Origin: a virus
Direction: 5' to 3' (one strand)
IMG/VR virus record: IMGVR_UViG_3300036846_000489
Coordinates: 1 to 64,000 of that record
Length of the DNA: 64,000 nucleotides
Shown here: positions 29,064 through 39,287 of the stretch, piece after piece
How positions within the stretch are numbered: the first letter of the stretch is position 1
Layout: each line of letters starts with the position of its first letter
Program-made: the position numbers and the translations under genes
The notes under the pieces: model-generated
What the model was told of the DNA's origin: nothing
Database searches by the model: none
The model's input: the letters and a program-made list of their open reading frames with translations, nothing else

Positions 29064-29939
29064 ATGAGCGGTATTCTCGGCGTCGGCACCGGACTGCTGC
29101 AAGGTTCTGCCGGCAGTCTCATCAGTGGCGTTTCCCAGGCATTTCCGGCGGTCATGCAGCAGACCGGCCTGGGTGGTCTGCTGGCGTTCATCCGTCAGCC
29201 GAGAAGCATCGGCACGATCATCCCGGACGTGACCATCGAAGAGAATTTCGAGGATCGTCTCGCCGTCACGTCGCATCCAGTGGCAACCGGCAGTCCCATC
29301 CAGGACCACGCCTACCGTGAGCCACGACAATGCACGATGCGGATCGGCTTCACCAACGCCAATCCGGTCGGTGGCGCCGTCAGTGGCCTGCTCAGCGGTG
29401 GCAGCGGCCTGCTGGGCAGTTCCGGCGGTGGGCTGCTGTCCGGTGACATCGCCGGAGGTCTGACCGGCGCGGCCAACGGCTTGATCTCTTCGGCCTTAGA
29501 GCAACGTGCTCAGGACATGTATAAGAAACTGCTGGATTTGCAGTTCACCGAGGCGGCGTCGTTCGCCTCCACCGGTCCCCAGGCGGGAACGCCAAACCAG
29601 CAGAGCAAGACCGGCACGGTCATTCCATTCCAACTGACCGCCGGAAAACGCACCTACCCGTCGATGGTGATCACCAGCATCAGCGTCAGGAACGACCACC
29701 GGACAGAATACGCCTGCATTCTGGAAGTGCGGATGCAGGAAGTCATGTTCGTCTCGGCGTCACTGTCCTCGCAGCCAAGCGGAGACAATCAGGGCAAGCC
29801 AAGCCAGACACAATCGCCTGACAAAACCGGAGAAACCCAGCCAACCGGGGAGACCACGCTGCACAGCGGCTTTGGCTTTCTAGGCAAAGTTCCCGGATTT
29901 CTCGGAGACCTCATCAGTGGCATCACAGGAAACCCATGA
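29064..29939 (+). CDS. Baseplate/Dit-like protein
   Basis: IIPDVTIEE...HPVATGS.IQDHAY, KRTYPSMVI. Confidence 0.8.
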   Translation: MSGILGVGTGLLQGSAGSLISGVSQAFPAVMQQTGLGGLLAFIRQPRSIGTIIPDVTIEENFEDRLAVTSHPVATGSPIQDHAYREPRQCTMRIGFTNANPVGGAVSGLLSGGSGLLGSSGGGLLSGDIAGGLTGAANGLISSALEQRAQDMYKKLLDLQFTEAASFASTGPQAGTPNQQSKTGTVIPFQLTAGKRTYPSMVITSISVRNDHRTEYACILEVRMQEVMFVSASLSSQPSGDNQGKPSQTQSPDKTGETQPTGETTLHSGFGFLGKVPGFLGDLISGITGNP

Positions 29940-30295
29940 GCGGCACCTTCACACCCACCTTCTATGAAATACCATTGAACGGCCGGCCACAGGTCTTCCC
30001 GATCACCCTGGCCGGAAATCCTCTCCGTCTGACCTTCAGCTACCGTGACAGCCAGATCGGCATGGGCGGCTGGGTGATGGACGTGGCCGACAGCGGCGGC
30101 GTGCCGATCCTGTGTGGGGTGCCTCTGGTCACCGGAGCCAATCTCTTGCAGCAGTATGACTATTTGGAGTTTGGTGGCGTGCTGTTCGTCATGACCGACG
30201 GCGATCAGGACGCGGTGCCGGGGTTCACCACCTTGGGCCAAATACCCGGAAGCCATCTCTATTGGATGCCCTTGCCAGGATCACCTTCGCCATGA
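29936..30295 (+). CDS. Baseplate protein
   Basis: YEIPL..PQVF.I.L, GVPLVTGANLLQQY. Confidence 0.8.
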   Translation: MSGTFTPTFYEIPLNGRPQVFPITLAGNPLRLTFSYRDSQIGMGGWVMDVADSGGVPILCGVPLVTGANLLQQYDYLEFGGVLFVMTDGDQDAVPGFTTLGQIPGSHLYWMPLPGSPSP

Positions 30296-31224
30296 GCGTC
30301 ACCACCGCGAAAAATCAGCAGTCCACTACCACCGTATTAGACAATCGGGAACGTCGCGCTGATCCGTTGGAGGCCATTCAGTCCGGCCTGGACGGACGGC
30401 AGGCACAAATACACACCGGAATGCCGGGGCAGATCGTCAGCTACAATGCCGCGAAGATGACCGCCACGGTGCAGCTTTCCATTCAGGCGGTGCAGACCCA
30501 GAAGGACGGCACCAGAAAGAACATCTCCATCGCCCCCATTCAGGATGTGCCGGTGATGTTTCCCGGCGGCGGTAGCCACACCTTTACCTTTCCCATCGCA
30601 GCCGGTGACGAATGCTGGGTGGCGTTCTCGGAACGGAACATCGACGCTTGGTTTCAGCACGGTGGACCGAAGCCGCCGCCTGACTGGCGAATGCACGATG
30701 TCAACGATGCGGTCTGTTTTGTCGGGCTGCGCAATCAATCTCGGGTGCTGGGTGCGGATGGCAAAGCGCCGGTCGCCAGCAAAGATACGACCACGCTGCG
30801 CAGTGATGACGGCAAGACCGTCGTGCAGATAGATGGTCCGAACAACGCGATCACCCTTTATGCCGCCGGCCAGACCGAAAGCGTGGTATTCGTGGACGGC
30901 AAGAACCAGCAGATCACCACGATGGCGGGTGGCACAAAGACTGTGGTCGATGGCTCCGCTAATACGATCACCGTGACGGCGGCAACCGTGACGATGAGTG
31001 GCGATCTCCATGTGATGGGTGAGGTGTGGGGCAAGTTCCAGAGCGGCCCTGTGTCGGTCACGCAGCACATTCACAAGGCACTCAACCAGCCGCCGAATGT
31101 CGGCACGTTTGCGATACCCGCTGAGCCGCCGGTTATTACCGGAAGCTATGGCGGCATCGCGGCACTGAAGAACCTTTTACAATTTCTCGACCAACGCGGC
31201 GACATCGTGGATCAAAGCACATGA
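30292..31224 (+). CDS. Baseplate central spike (gp138/gpV-like)
   Basis: HTGMPGQIVSY, DVPVMFP, GDEC.V.FSERNID.W, HIH apex motif. Confidence 0.88.
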   Translation: MSVTTAKNQQSTTTVLDNRERRADPLEAIQSGLDGRQAQIHTGMPGQIVSYNAAKMTATVQLSIQAVQTQKDGTRKNISIAPIQDVPVMFPGGGSHTFTFPIAAGDECWVAFSERNIDAWFQHGGPKPPPDWRMHDVNDAVCFVGLRNQSRVLGADGKAPVASKDTTTLRSDDGKTVVQIDGPNNAITLYAAGQTESVVFVDGKNQQITTMAGGTKTVVDGSANTITVTAATVTMSGDLHVMGEVWGKFQSGPVSVTQHIHKALNQPPNVGTFAIPAEPPVITGSYGGIAALKNLLQFLDQRGDIVDQST

Positions 31225-31354
31225 GCGAAGAACCGAACCTGGAGCGTGACTTTCAGGAGACTGTGCTGATTTCACTGGCACGCATCGAAGCCATGCTGAA
31301 GCAAATGCTCGATCAGCAACTCCTTCCGGAAAAGCCAGAGCGGGGATTTGGGAA

Positions 31355-31888
31355 TTGAGATACCGGAAGCTCGATCCGGTGACCGGCGACTATCGCTTCG
31401 GGCGCGGTCAAGGGGATTTTTACGTCAACGTCCCAGAGGCGGTCGGTCAGAGCGTCTACACCCGGCTTATGCTGTGGACCGGCCAGTGGTTTGCCGACCT
31501 GACTGAAGGCACGCCATGGGGCGCCGAGGTATTGGGAACCAACACCCGCTGGACGCGGGACATCGTGGTGCAGGAACGGGTGCAGACCACCTACGGTGTG
31601 ACCGACATCGCCGCCTACGCCTCGACGGTCAACGTCAACCGACGTTCCTTCACCGCCGCGATGACCGTGGACACCATCTACGGCACCGTGGTCTCAGTCC
31701 TGGCACCCTCCCTGCCCGCCACCATCCCGCCGTTGCCGGCACCAACTGTCGCGGCTCATCTGCTCGGCCTTGTCGGTGGCAACCCACCGAAGACCGGAAC
31801 CGAGATGCAGCCGGCAGACCTAACCGCATCCGGTCAGGCACAGATCACCGACTTTCAGGTCACACGGGCAGACAGCGGGAGCTTCTGA
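31355..31888 (+). CDS. Baseplate wedge/sheath initiator (gp25/gp46-like) with C-terminal extension
   Basis: RYRKLD..GDY.FG.G, TRLMLWTGQWFAD..EGTPW. Confidence 0.82.
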   Translation: MRYRKLDPVTGDYRFGRGQGDFYVNVPEAVGQSVYTRLMLWTGQWFADLTEGTPWGAEVLGTNTRWTRDIVVQERVQTTYGVTDIAAYASTVNVNRRSFTAAMTVDTIYGTVVSVLAPSLPATIPPLPAPTVAAHLLGLVGGNPPKTGTEMQPADLTASGQAQITDFQVTRADSGSF

Positions 31889-32382
31889 TGGACATCACAA
31901 CCTCCCCGGTCATGGTCGTGATCCCCGGTCGAAGCCCGATGCCCCTCGTCCCGGCCCGTGGAAGGCCCGTGACGGCCGAGAAGCCGGCCCCCGCCCCTTA
32001 CACCGCCCCTGGGCCTCCACGGCTTCCAGCGGCTCCCCAGCCGCTCCGGGTGCGGGCCAAAGGCCCCGAGCCGAAGGTGAAGCCAAAGGAGCCGCCTAAG
32101 GCTCCGGTCATCCTCTACGTGCCGCCCACACCATCCCTTCAGGTTGAGCCGTCTTGGCGGCTGGTCTTCACGGCACGGGTAGAGATGGCACAGAAGGCGG
32201 CACCGGCACCAAAGGCTCCGGCCCCGCCGCCCTATGTTCCCACCAATTTCGCGACTTACGTGGGACTTATTCCAAGCGGCGGGACCTTCGTCACATCAAC
32301 ACCAGCTAACCTGTTGATTGGGCCGGTAACTTACATTGCCGACTTCACCATTCATGCGCTGGACGCGGGAACCTACCTATGA
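31888..32382 (+). CDS. Pro-rich hypothetical virion protein
   Basis: TGATG-coupled ORF between wedge genes. Confidence 0.55.
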   Translation: MDITTSPVMVVIPGRSPMPLVPARGRPVTAEKPAPAPYTAPGPPRLPAAPQPLRVRAKGPEPKVKPKEPPKAPVILYVPPTPSLQVEPSWRLVFTARVEMAQKAAPAPKAPAPPPYVPTNFATYVGLIPSGGTFVTSTPANLLIGPVTYIADFTIHALDAGTYL

Positions 32383-33833
32383 GCGGAACGGTTTCGCAGA
32401 CTGCCGCCTATGTCGATAGCACCGGTATCCATGCGCCGAGCTATCAGGATTTGGTCGGCTTCCTGACCAGCCAGTTCCAGGCGATCTACGGTGCCGACAT
32501 CGTGGTGTCGCCGGACAGTCAGGACGGGCAATTGATTGGTATTTTCGCCCTGGCGCTCAGCGATCTCAACGCCGCCTGCATCGCGGTGTATAATTCCTTC
32601 AGCCCATCCACCGCCCAAGGCGTGGGGCTGTCGTCCAACGTCAAGATCAACGGAATGACCCGTGCCATTCCGAGCCAGTCCACGGTGCAGCTTCTGGTGA
32701 CCGGCGTGGCCTATACGGTCATCAACAACGGTGTCGCCAGAGACGATGCCGGGAATTCATGGGCACTGCCATCGGCGGTGGAAATCGATGCCACCGGACA
32801 GATCACCGTCACCGGCACATGCACGGTTCCCGGTGCGGTATTCGCGCTGCCCAACACGATCACCGAGATTGCCACCGTCACTCTTGGCTGGCAGAGCGTG
32901 ACCAACCCGGCTGCCGCCGATCTTGGGGCACCATTGGAAACCGATGCGGCGCTGCGTCAGAGGCAGGCGACCTCTACGGCGGTGCCGTCTGTGACCGTGC
33001 TGTCTGGTATTGTCGGCGCGGTGCTGAAGCTCTCCGGTGTGACCTCGTGCGTGCCGTATGAGAACGACACAAATACCGATTATACAACCGCGCCAATCAC
33101 CACGACCACGACCGCTCTGGTGGCGTCGGGCGCAACGGTTATCCCGGTGACTTCGGTTGCTGGAATGGCAGCGGGCCAACCGATTGCCGCCGCCGGAATT
33201 CCGGCCAACACGACCATTTCTTCGATTGCGGCGCTGAATGTCACGATCTCGCACGCAACCACCGCCAGCATCGCGTCTGGTGCGACGATCACCGTCACCG
33301 GACCAGGAACGCCGCCCATCGGTGAAGGTCCATTGCCGCCACATTCCATCAGCCTCGTGGTCCAGGGCGGCGATCCGGTGGCAATCTGCAATACCATTCT
33401 CATGCACAAGACGCCCGGTTGCTACACCTACGGCACAACCAGGAGAACGGTGGACGATGGTTACGGCCTGCCCCACGACATCGGCTTCTACATTCCGACG
33501 CCGGTCAATGTCGGGGTGAGCATCAATCTGAAAGCCGGCGCGGGGTATTCCAGCATCATTGGAAGCCAGATCAGCGCCGCCGTCGCCTCCTACATCAATG
33601 CTCTCGGCTCCGGCGAGCCGGTGGTGTGGAGCAAGCTGTGGCTGCCGGCCAACCTGTGCGACTGGACCACGGGCGTGCCGACCAATGCCACCGGCACATA
33701 CGACATCACCCAGATCACCCAAGGCACCCCACCAAGCGGCACGGCGGTGGGCTACGGCATGACCAATATTCCCATCAGCATTTTCCAGATTGCACAGTGC
33801 CAAGTCTCTGACGTGATCGTCCACGCCTCGTGA
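32379..33833 (+). CDS. Baseplate J-like protein with inserted beta module
   Basis: IYGAD...DSQDGQ, ETDAALRQRQ, YENDT, PHSISLVVQGG. Confidence 0.9.
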   Translation: MSGTVSQTAAYVDSTGIHAPSYQDLVGFLTSQFQAIYGADIVVSPDSQDGQLIGIFALALSDLNAACIAVYNSFSPSTAQGVGLSSNVKINGMTRAIPSQSTVQLLVTGVAYTVINNGVARDDAGNSWALPSAVEIDATGQITVTGTCTVPGAVFALPNTITEIATVTLGWQSVTNPAAADLGAPLETDAALRQRQATSTAVPSVTVLSGIVGAVLKLSGVTSCVPYENDTNTDYTTAPITTTTTALVASGATVIPVTSVAGMAAGQPIAAAGIPANTTISSIAALNVTISHATTASIASGATITVTGPGTPPIGEGPLPPHSISLVVQGGDPVAICNTILMHKTPGCYTYGTTRRTVDDGYGLPHDIGFYIPTPVNVGVSINLKAGAGYSSIIGSQISAAVASYINALGSGEPVVWSKLWLPANLCDWTTGVPTNATGTYDITQITQGTPPSGTAVGYGMTNIPISIFQIAQCQVSDVIVHAS

Positions 33834-34513
33834 CGCTCTACGAATACATTGCGCTGATCCCGTCGTTCAACGCCGGGAAGCCGCGTTTTGTCAATACTCT
33901 GGCGGCGTTGATCCAGCCGCTCATCGACGCCCAGGACCTGTTGGCCTCGCTCACCGCAGACTTCGACCTCGACACCGCGGTCGGCGTGCAACTCGATATC
34001 GTGGGTCAGTGGCTGGGTCGCACACGGTATCTGACCGAGCCGATCACCGGGGTCTACTTCGCGTTCCACACCCCCACCGATCCGGTGCAACGCGACGGCT
34101 TTGATCAAGGTATTTGGCTCGGTCCTTATGATCCGACCACCAAGATCATCGCCATGCCGGACGATGCCTACCGGAAAATCCTCAAGTTACAGGCCATCGC
34201 CAATCACTGGGACGGGACGGTTCCGTCCATCCAGGAAGCGTTCAACAACGTCTTCCCCGGCGTGGTGGTCCAGGACATGGGCGACACGTCCGGTGGCCTC
34301 ATGGTCATGGACGTGCTGATCCCTGGCATCGAGATGAGCAGTCTGGAACTTGCCGCCCTGGAGCAAGACTTTCCCATCAAGCCGTCCGGGGTGCGGGTGA
34401 ACATCATCGAAAGCAGCGTCACCACCACACCGCTGTTTGGCTTCAACGTGGACGGTAGCATCATCGGCGGCTTCGACCACGGCTCTTGGGGCGTCGTGAT
34501 CCAATCGACGTAA
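33830..34513 (+). CDS. Baseplate wedge protein (DUF2612)
   Basis: FDLDTAVGVQLDIVGQWLG, NHWDGT. Confidence 0.88.
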   Translation: MTLYEYIALIPSFNAGKPRFVNTLAALIQPLIDAQDLLASLTADFDLDTAVGVQLDIVGQWLGRTRYLTEPITGVYFAFHTPTDPVQRDGFDQGIWLGPYDPTTKIIAMPDDAYRKILKLQAIANHWDGTVPSIQEAFNNVFPGVVVQDMGDTSGGLMVMDVLIPGIEMSSLELAALEQDFPIKPSGVRVNIIESSVTTTPLFGFNVDGSIIGGFDHGSWGVVIQST

Positions 34514-34522
34514 GGGAAACAA

Positions 34523-36499
34523 ATGGCAACCAACGACTTCCTCGCGTTCGCGGCAGACCCTGCGGCCAACGTCATGCTGCAAACCGACTACGCGGCAACC
34601 GGCTTCACGCCGCGTATTCTGGGCTTTCAGACCGGCACCGCGCTCAGCATTCAGTTGAACAAGGTCTGGCGGCAGGCCAGCCTGATCTCGGCCATGATCG
34701 GCCAGTTTCCCGTCACGTCGATTGGCGCCGACATGAAGGACGATGGAAGCGCGGCAGGTCAGGCGGCGCTCCTGACGAACTTCACCAATGCCGTTGCCCA
34801 GGTCGGCGGTGCCGGCCTCGCGGGGAAATACCTGCCGCTTACCGGTGGAATACTGACCGGCCCTCTCGGGATAAACGCCGGATCAAATCAACTGTATATT
34901 TCCGGCACCACCGGCAGCCACGCTATTGCCACGATGACGCGAAACCCCGGTCTGGTGGCACGTTGGGAAGCGTTGTCGAACAATCAGGCGCGCTGGACGC
35001 TGGACATTGCCGATGGAACACCAGAGACAGGGAACAACCTCGGCAGCAACTTCTCCGTCTCGCGATACAACGATGCCGGTGCCTATCTGGAAACTCCGTT
35101 CTCGATTGCCCGCTCGACCGGCATTGTGCAATTCACTCATCCGCCCCAGGTCAACGGTGGCCCGTTGCCCTACCTGCCGATTACCGGTGGCACCCTGACC
35201 GGTGCGCTTGGTCTTCCCCTTCCGGGCATCTACTACAATGGCACCGCCGGCCATTGGCTCGCATTCGATTGGGATGGCAGCTTTATTCGTGGCTGGGTCG
35301 ATGGCGGCAGCGTGGTCTATCAGCTTGCTCACGTTGGTTGGGTCAATTCCCTGGTCGGCAATTATGTCAACAAGGGCGGCGACATCATCTACAATTGGTT
35401 CGAAGCGGATTGCAACGTCACCATCGACGGGTCGCTGTTCAATCGCTCGACGGTGTATTTTTCCAACCTCAGCGACTTCGCCAATTTCACCGGAGGCAAC
35501 TGGCGTTACCGGCAATGGGCCGGCAACTGGTATGACGCATGGGACGGTGCCAGCGGCACAAGAATTTGGGTGAACGGTCCCACCGGCACCAACATGACGC
35601 TGGACCCGTATGCCAATCTGGCGATCAGCGGCACCTTGCACGTCTACGGTGGCCGGCTCGCGGTCGGCCAATACGGCTCGATCTCGGTTTATCATCCCCA
35701 GACCAGCCAAGGATTGTGGGCCGCAGCGGACGGTCTGTGGTTCGGTTGGAACGACAACAGCGCCAACCCTCAACGTGGCCTTCTTCGCCTGGGAAACGAC
35801 GGCGTGCTGGCGAGTTGGTATGGCATTGTCAGCTACGGCTGGATACAGAGCAGCCAATGGGCATCATTCGGCTCCGATGTCACGGTCGGCGGCCACCTTC
35901 AGGTCAACAGCAATGCCGACATCAACGGCTACATGAACAGCCAAAGCTGGGTGCATGCCCACGGCGATATGTGGTGCGATGGCAATTTCACCGCCAATGG
36001 CTGGGCCACTTTCCAGAACCCGACCAACGTCTACGGCCCAGGCCGCTTCATGGTGCATTCCAATCAGCCGGCGATTGGTCTTGATTTCGTCGGCAATTAC
36101 GGCATGGGCATCTGCATCAATTACGCCCTTGGCGCCGCGATGGTATTTACCATGATGGACGGTGGCGCCAACCCGACCGGCTGGCTCGGCTTTCTCAATA
36201 CCGCCGGCGTCTGGGGCGGCTATTATTTCCAGACCGTCTCCGGTCGTGACATCAAAAAGAACATCGATGGATCGCCTGAGTTCGACAGCCTTGCCGCCAT
36301 TTCTCGGATCGCGACGCACAGCTACGATATGAAGGAAAATGACGTGCATCGTGATTTTGGCTTCATTGCCGAGGAGGTTGCCGAGCAACTTCCCGATGCC
36401 GTCGAAGACCACGGCGCCGGCCCGATGCTGGATATCATGACCTTGATTGCCCACGCCTATCGTGCCATTGCGCAATTGGAAGCCAAGCTGGCGCACTGA
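34523..36499 (+). CDS. Tail fibre protein with S74 chaperone
   Basis: MATNDFLAFA...NKVWRQAS anchor; SGRDIKKNI...GFIAEEV. Confidence 0.88.
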   Translation: MATNDFLAFAADPAANVMLQTDYAATGFTPRILGFQTGTALSIQLNKVWRQASLISAMIGQFPVTSIGADMKDDGSAAGQAALLTNFTNAVAQVGGAGLAGKYLPLTGGILTGPLGINAGSNQLYISGTTGSHAIATMTRNPGLVARWEALSNNQARWTLDIADGTPETGNNLGSNFSVSRYNDAGAYLETPFSIARSTGIVQFTHPPQVNGGPLPYLPITGGTLTGALGLPLPGIYYNGTAGHWLAFDWDGSFIRGWVDGGSVVYQLAHVGWVNSLVGNYVNKGGDIIYNWFEADCNVTIDGSLFNRSTVYFSNLSDFANFTGGNWRYRQWAGNWYDAWDGASGTRIWVNGPTGTNMTLDPYANLAISGTLHVYGGRLAVGQYGSISVYHPQTSQGLWAAADGLWFGWNDNSANPQRGLLRLGNDGVLASWYGIVSYGWIQSSQWASFGSDVTVGGHLQVNSNADINGYMNSQSWVHAHGDMWCDGNFTANGWATFQNPTNVYGPGRFMVHSNQPAIGLDFVGNYGMGICINYALGAAMVFTMMDGGANPTGWLGFLNTAGVWGGYYFQTVSGRDIKKNIDGSPEFDSLAAISRIATHSYDMKENDVHRDFGFIAEEVAEQLPDAVEDHGAGPMLDIMTLIAHAYRAIAQLEAKLAH

Positions 36500-36510
36500 A
36501 AGGAGAATAA

Positions 36511-36714
36511 ATGCCTGATTATCCTAGCGTCCCGGTCGCGGACCCGGCCACCGCGAATGTCGAAACCGGACCAACGCCGATGCCTCCCGACATCGGGCCG
36601 CTGCAAACCATCCCTAAGGCCGCGCCGCCGCCGCCTTCGCCGCCAGACGGCATGACCATCGGCACGGCTGAAGCACCACCGATGGTCGCGCCGCCAATCC
36701 CCCCACTGCCATAG
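36511..36714 (+). CDS. Pro-rich small protein
   Basis: SD AAGGAG. Confidence 0.5.
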   Translation: MPDYPSVPVADPATANVETGPTPMPPDIGPLQTIPKAAPPPPSPPDGMTIGTAEAPPMVAPPIPPLP

Positions 36715-36726
36715 GAGACCGCACTA

Positions 36727-36945
36727 ATGTCAGGCACTACCCCACGTTCGGTGCAAGAGCCGGAAATCACCTGGACCATGCCATTGAGTTCGGCACGGTT
36801 CGTGCTCTCGATCATCGCCAAGCAGCCCTACGAAACCGTCAACACGCTGTTCCGCATGCTGGAAGAACAGGGCAATGCCCAGGTTCGGCAGTTTGAACAA
36901 CAGATGCAGCATCGGGGGAACGGCGAGGATAGGCCACTCGCATGA
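36727..36945 (+). CDS. Small fibre-associated protein
   Basis: L.IIAKQPYETV..L motif; SD AGGAG. Confidence 0.55.
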   Translation: MSGTTPRSVQEPEITWTMPLSSARFVLSIIAKQPYETVNTLFRMLEEQGNAQVRQFEQQMQHRGNGEDRPLA

Positions 36946-37115
36946 GCCTAATATGGGTTCTGATCATCGTCCTGCTGGTGGTTGTGCTGGTCGGCGGTGG
37001 TGGTGGCCATTATTACGGCTGGTATGGTGCCTCGCCGTATTTTGGTCCCGGCATTGGCATCGTCGGCGTGATCCTTGTGGTTTTGGTCTTGCTTGTGCTC
37101 ATGGGCCGCATCTGA
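36942..37115 (+). CDS. Small two-TM membrane protein (DUF3309-like); not in ORF track
   Basis: MSLIWVLIIVLLVVVLVGGGGGHYYGWYG...GIVGVILVVLVLLVLMGRI. Confidence 0.7.
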   Translation: MSLIWVLIIVLLVVVLVGGGGGHYYGWYGASPYFGPGIGIVGVILVVLVLLVLMGRI

Positions 37116-37150
37116 TAGCCTTCCCGCTTCCTCAACACTGTTCCCCTGAG

Positions 37151-37180
37151 GCCCCGCTCTCCCAAGCGGGGCTTTTTTTA
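37151..37180 (+). terminator. Intrinsic terminator of the late operon
   Basis: GCCCCGCT-ctccca-AGCGGGGC followed by T-run. Confidence 0.85.
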
Positions 37181-37284
37181 TTCCTTTTTCCTCGGGGGCG
37201 AAGCGATCCACAACGCCAACGCCGTCACCCCGATCCACATCCCTATGGTGATCGCGGCGACGATGGAAAGCAGCCACCAGAGGC

Positions 37285-37470
37285 TCATTCCGGCCGGAAC
37301 TTCGGCCTGAGCGCCTCGACCTCGTCAAGCAGCCACGTGATAGCGAGCCGGTCGATCCGGGTGGATACGGAAATACGCTCATTGCACTCGGCGATGACGT
37401 GCGTCAGCACCCGGCTGATCAGGTCACATTCGCGGTCGGTAAGTTCGACGGTCATCGGCCCTTCCTTCAC
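37285..37470 (-). CDS. Hypothetical protein
   Basis: ORF in leftward operon. Confidence 0.45.
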   Translation of the reverse strand: MKEGPMTVELTDRECDLISRVLTHVIAECNERISVSTRIDRLAITWLLDEVEALRPKFRPE

Positions 37471-37639
37471 TCGTCACGACTGTTGCCCGCCAGCCCTTCT
37501 GGCGGAAATACTCGCGTATTTGGTCAGACGACCAACCGATCATCCGGCGCAGGATCGGCGCAGCACGAATGCAATATCCGTCACGGACGATCAGTCCGGC
37601 GACAAAGTGTGGTGCGACCACACGAACCAGGGTTTCCAT
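37424..37639 (-). CDS. Phage hypothetical protein
   Basis: APHFVAGL..DG..IRAAPILR...KGW. Confidence 0.55.
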   Translation of the reverse strand: METLVRVVAPHFVAGLIVRDGYCIRAAPILRRMIGWSSDQIREYFRQKGWRATVVTSEGRADDRRTYRPRM

Positions 37640-38547
37640 AGGTCGGTCTCGCTCACCACTTCGGTCGTGTAGAAGCCGATATTGGCATAGGCACGGTCTA
37701 GCGCTATGCTCGCCAATGTGATACCGGCCACCAAGAGCCACCGCGATCCGCCTAGCCTAACGTCCCCTCGGGTAGTGGCGTGGAACCGGTGCACGACCTA
37801 CGAGCGCCGGAGATTTTTAACGCTGCTCAACGATACCCAGGAACCAAAGGACTTGCCCCATGAGTGAATACCAGAGTGAGCTGGTGCGTGAGCTGTATAT
37901 ACAAATCAAGCAGCTTGAGCGCGAGAACGCGGACCTGAAACGCCAGAACGCCGAGCTGCGTGGAGCGGTTGCAGCATTGATGGATCCTACATCTGTAAAG
38001 TTTTCTGACACTCTCGGCGTTTCCCCACAAGAGGGAGCGGTCCAGGGCGTTGCATCGCGTGGCAGGCCGGCACAGCGAACGAGCAGGAACTCATCCGGCT
38101 GATGGACAAGATTGTCCAGGCCACCGGCTCAGGCGTCGAGATGGACCCCGGCAGGTGCGTGGCGGGACCGGTGGACACCGTCAGCAAGACGCTTCAGCGG
38201 CTGGAGCCGACCCTCGATCCCGCCGAAGTTTCCGGTGATACTTGAAGCGTGCAACGACGCACCAGCTTTTGGCGCGCAGCGGGTCAATCGTCCAGGCATG
38301 TATTCCGTTCTTTTCTCCGCAATAGAGCGTGCCGTCCTGCGGGGTGCGCAGATACCATCTCATGTCGCACTTCGTGCGAAGCGTTTCTGGTAGCAGGTCA
38401 TACACAGCCTCTGGCCTTCCTTGATCTTCGGGTTTTGCGCGTGGGTATAGCCGAACGAAGCGTCGGCACGGCACCGGTCACAGAGAAACTTGCTGTCCCG
38501 CCGCATCGGGATCGGCAGCCGATGAGACCTCGGCTCTTTCTTGCGGA

Positions 38548-38826
38548 TCATTGGAACCTCTCGGGCGCGTGCTGTTTCGCCGCGTCCATGAAATAGTGTG
38601 CCAACATCATCATGACCTCCCCGCGTTTGATCTGGTAATTGTCGGCGGTGGTTAGCGCCACGCTGACCGTCACGTTCATCAGGGCGGTTAGCGTATCGCC
38701 GGGCATATGGCCTTCCCCAACCAGCCGGTTGGCAAGCGCACCGAACAGGTCGGCCATGAAGCCGATGTTTGGCGGCACCTCCTTGGTGAAGTGATAATCG
38801 AGCGTCTGGGTCCAGTTCTCGGTCAT
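38548..38826 (-). CDS. Hypothetical protein
   Basis: MTENWTQTL...; ATGA-coupled to gcrA. Confidence 0.55.
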   Translation of the reverse strand: MTENWTQTLDYHFTKEVPPNIGFMADLFGALANRLVGEGHMPGDTLTALMNVTVSVALTTADNYQIKRGEVMMMLAHYFMDAAKQHAPERFQ

Positions 38827-39287
38827 AGCGCTGTCTCCCGCCGATCTTTGATCTTGACATAGGCCAGCCGGCAATGATCGGCACAATACGACCGGCCTGG
38901 ATCGGACGGCTTGCCGCAGAACCGAAAGCTTGCCGTTCCCGGCTCTCCCAGCGGCCAGGAGCAGGTTCGGGGCGGGGGCGGCGGCCTTACCACCGGCTCG
39001 AACCTCACCGCCGTCCTGGGGCCTCCTGGGGGCTGTGGCGACGGTGTCGGCGGCTTCGCCGCCCGGCGGGCGATGATGGTGGCGCGCTTGGTCTCTTCCC
39101 GCCGAGCCTGTATGCCAGGATCGTTGCTCTTGATCGGCGATCCGCGAGCCGGCAATCCGAGCCGATGTGCCTTCCCCGCGACCGCGCTCGCGCTGACGCC
39201 GCCGACTTCCTTGGCGATCACCGAACAGAAATGCCCCTCCGGCCACATCCGGCGCAGGGTCGCCAGCATCTTGTCGGTCCATTCCAT
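38823..39287 (-). CDS. gcrA: GcrA-family cell-cycle regulator homologue
   Basis: MEWTD...LRRMW.EG...IA...VS.SAV.GKAHRLGL and C.WPLGEP....FRFCG...GRSYC..H...AY. Confidence 0.9.
   Translation of the reverse strand: MEWTDKMLATLRRMWPEGHFCSVIAKEVGGVSASAVAGKAHRLGLPARGSPIKSNDPGIQARREETKRATIIARRAAKPPTPSPQPPGGPRTAVRFEPVVRPPPPPRTCSWPLGEPGTASFRFCGKPSDPGRSYCADHCRLAYVKIKDRRETAL

Noticed and set aside
37860-38243. Possible frameshifted winged-helix pseudogene on + strand
   Set aside because: Only a coiled coil and a weak LGVSPQE motif; insufficient support.
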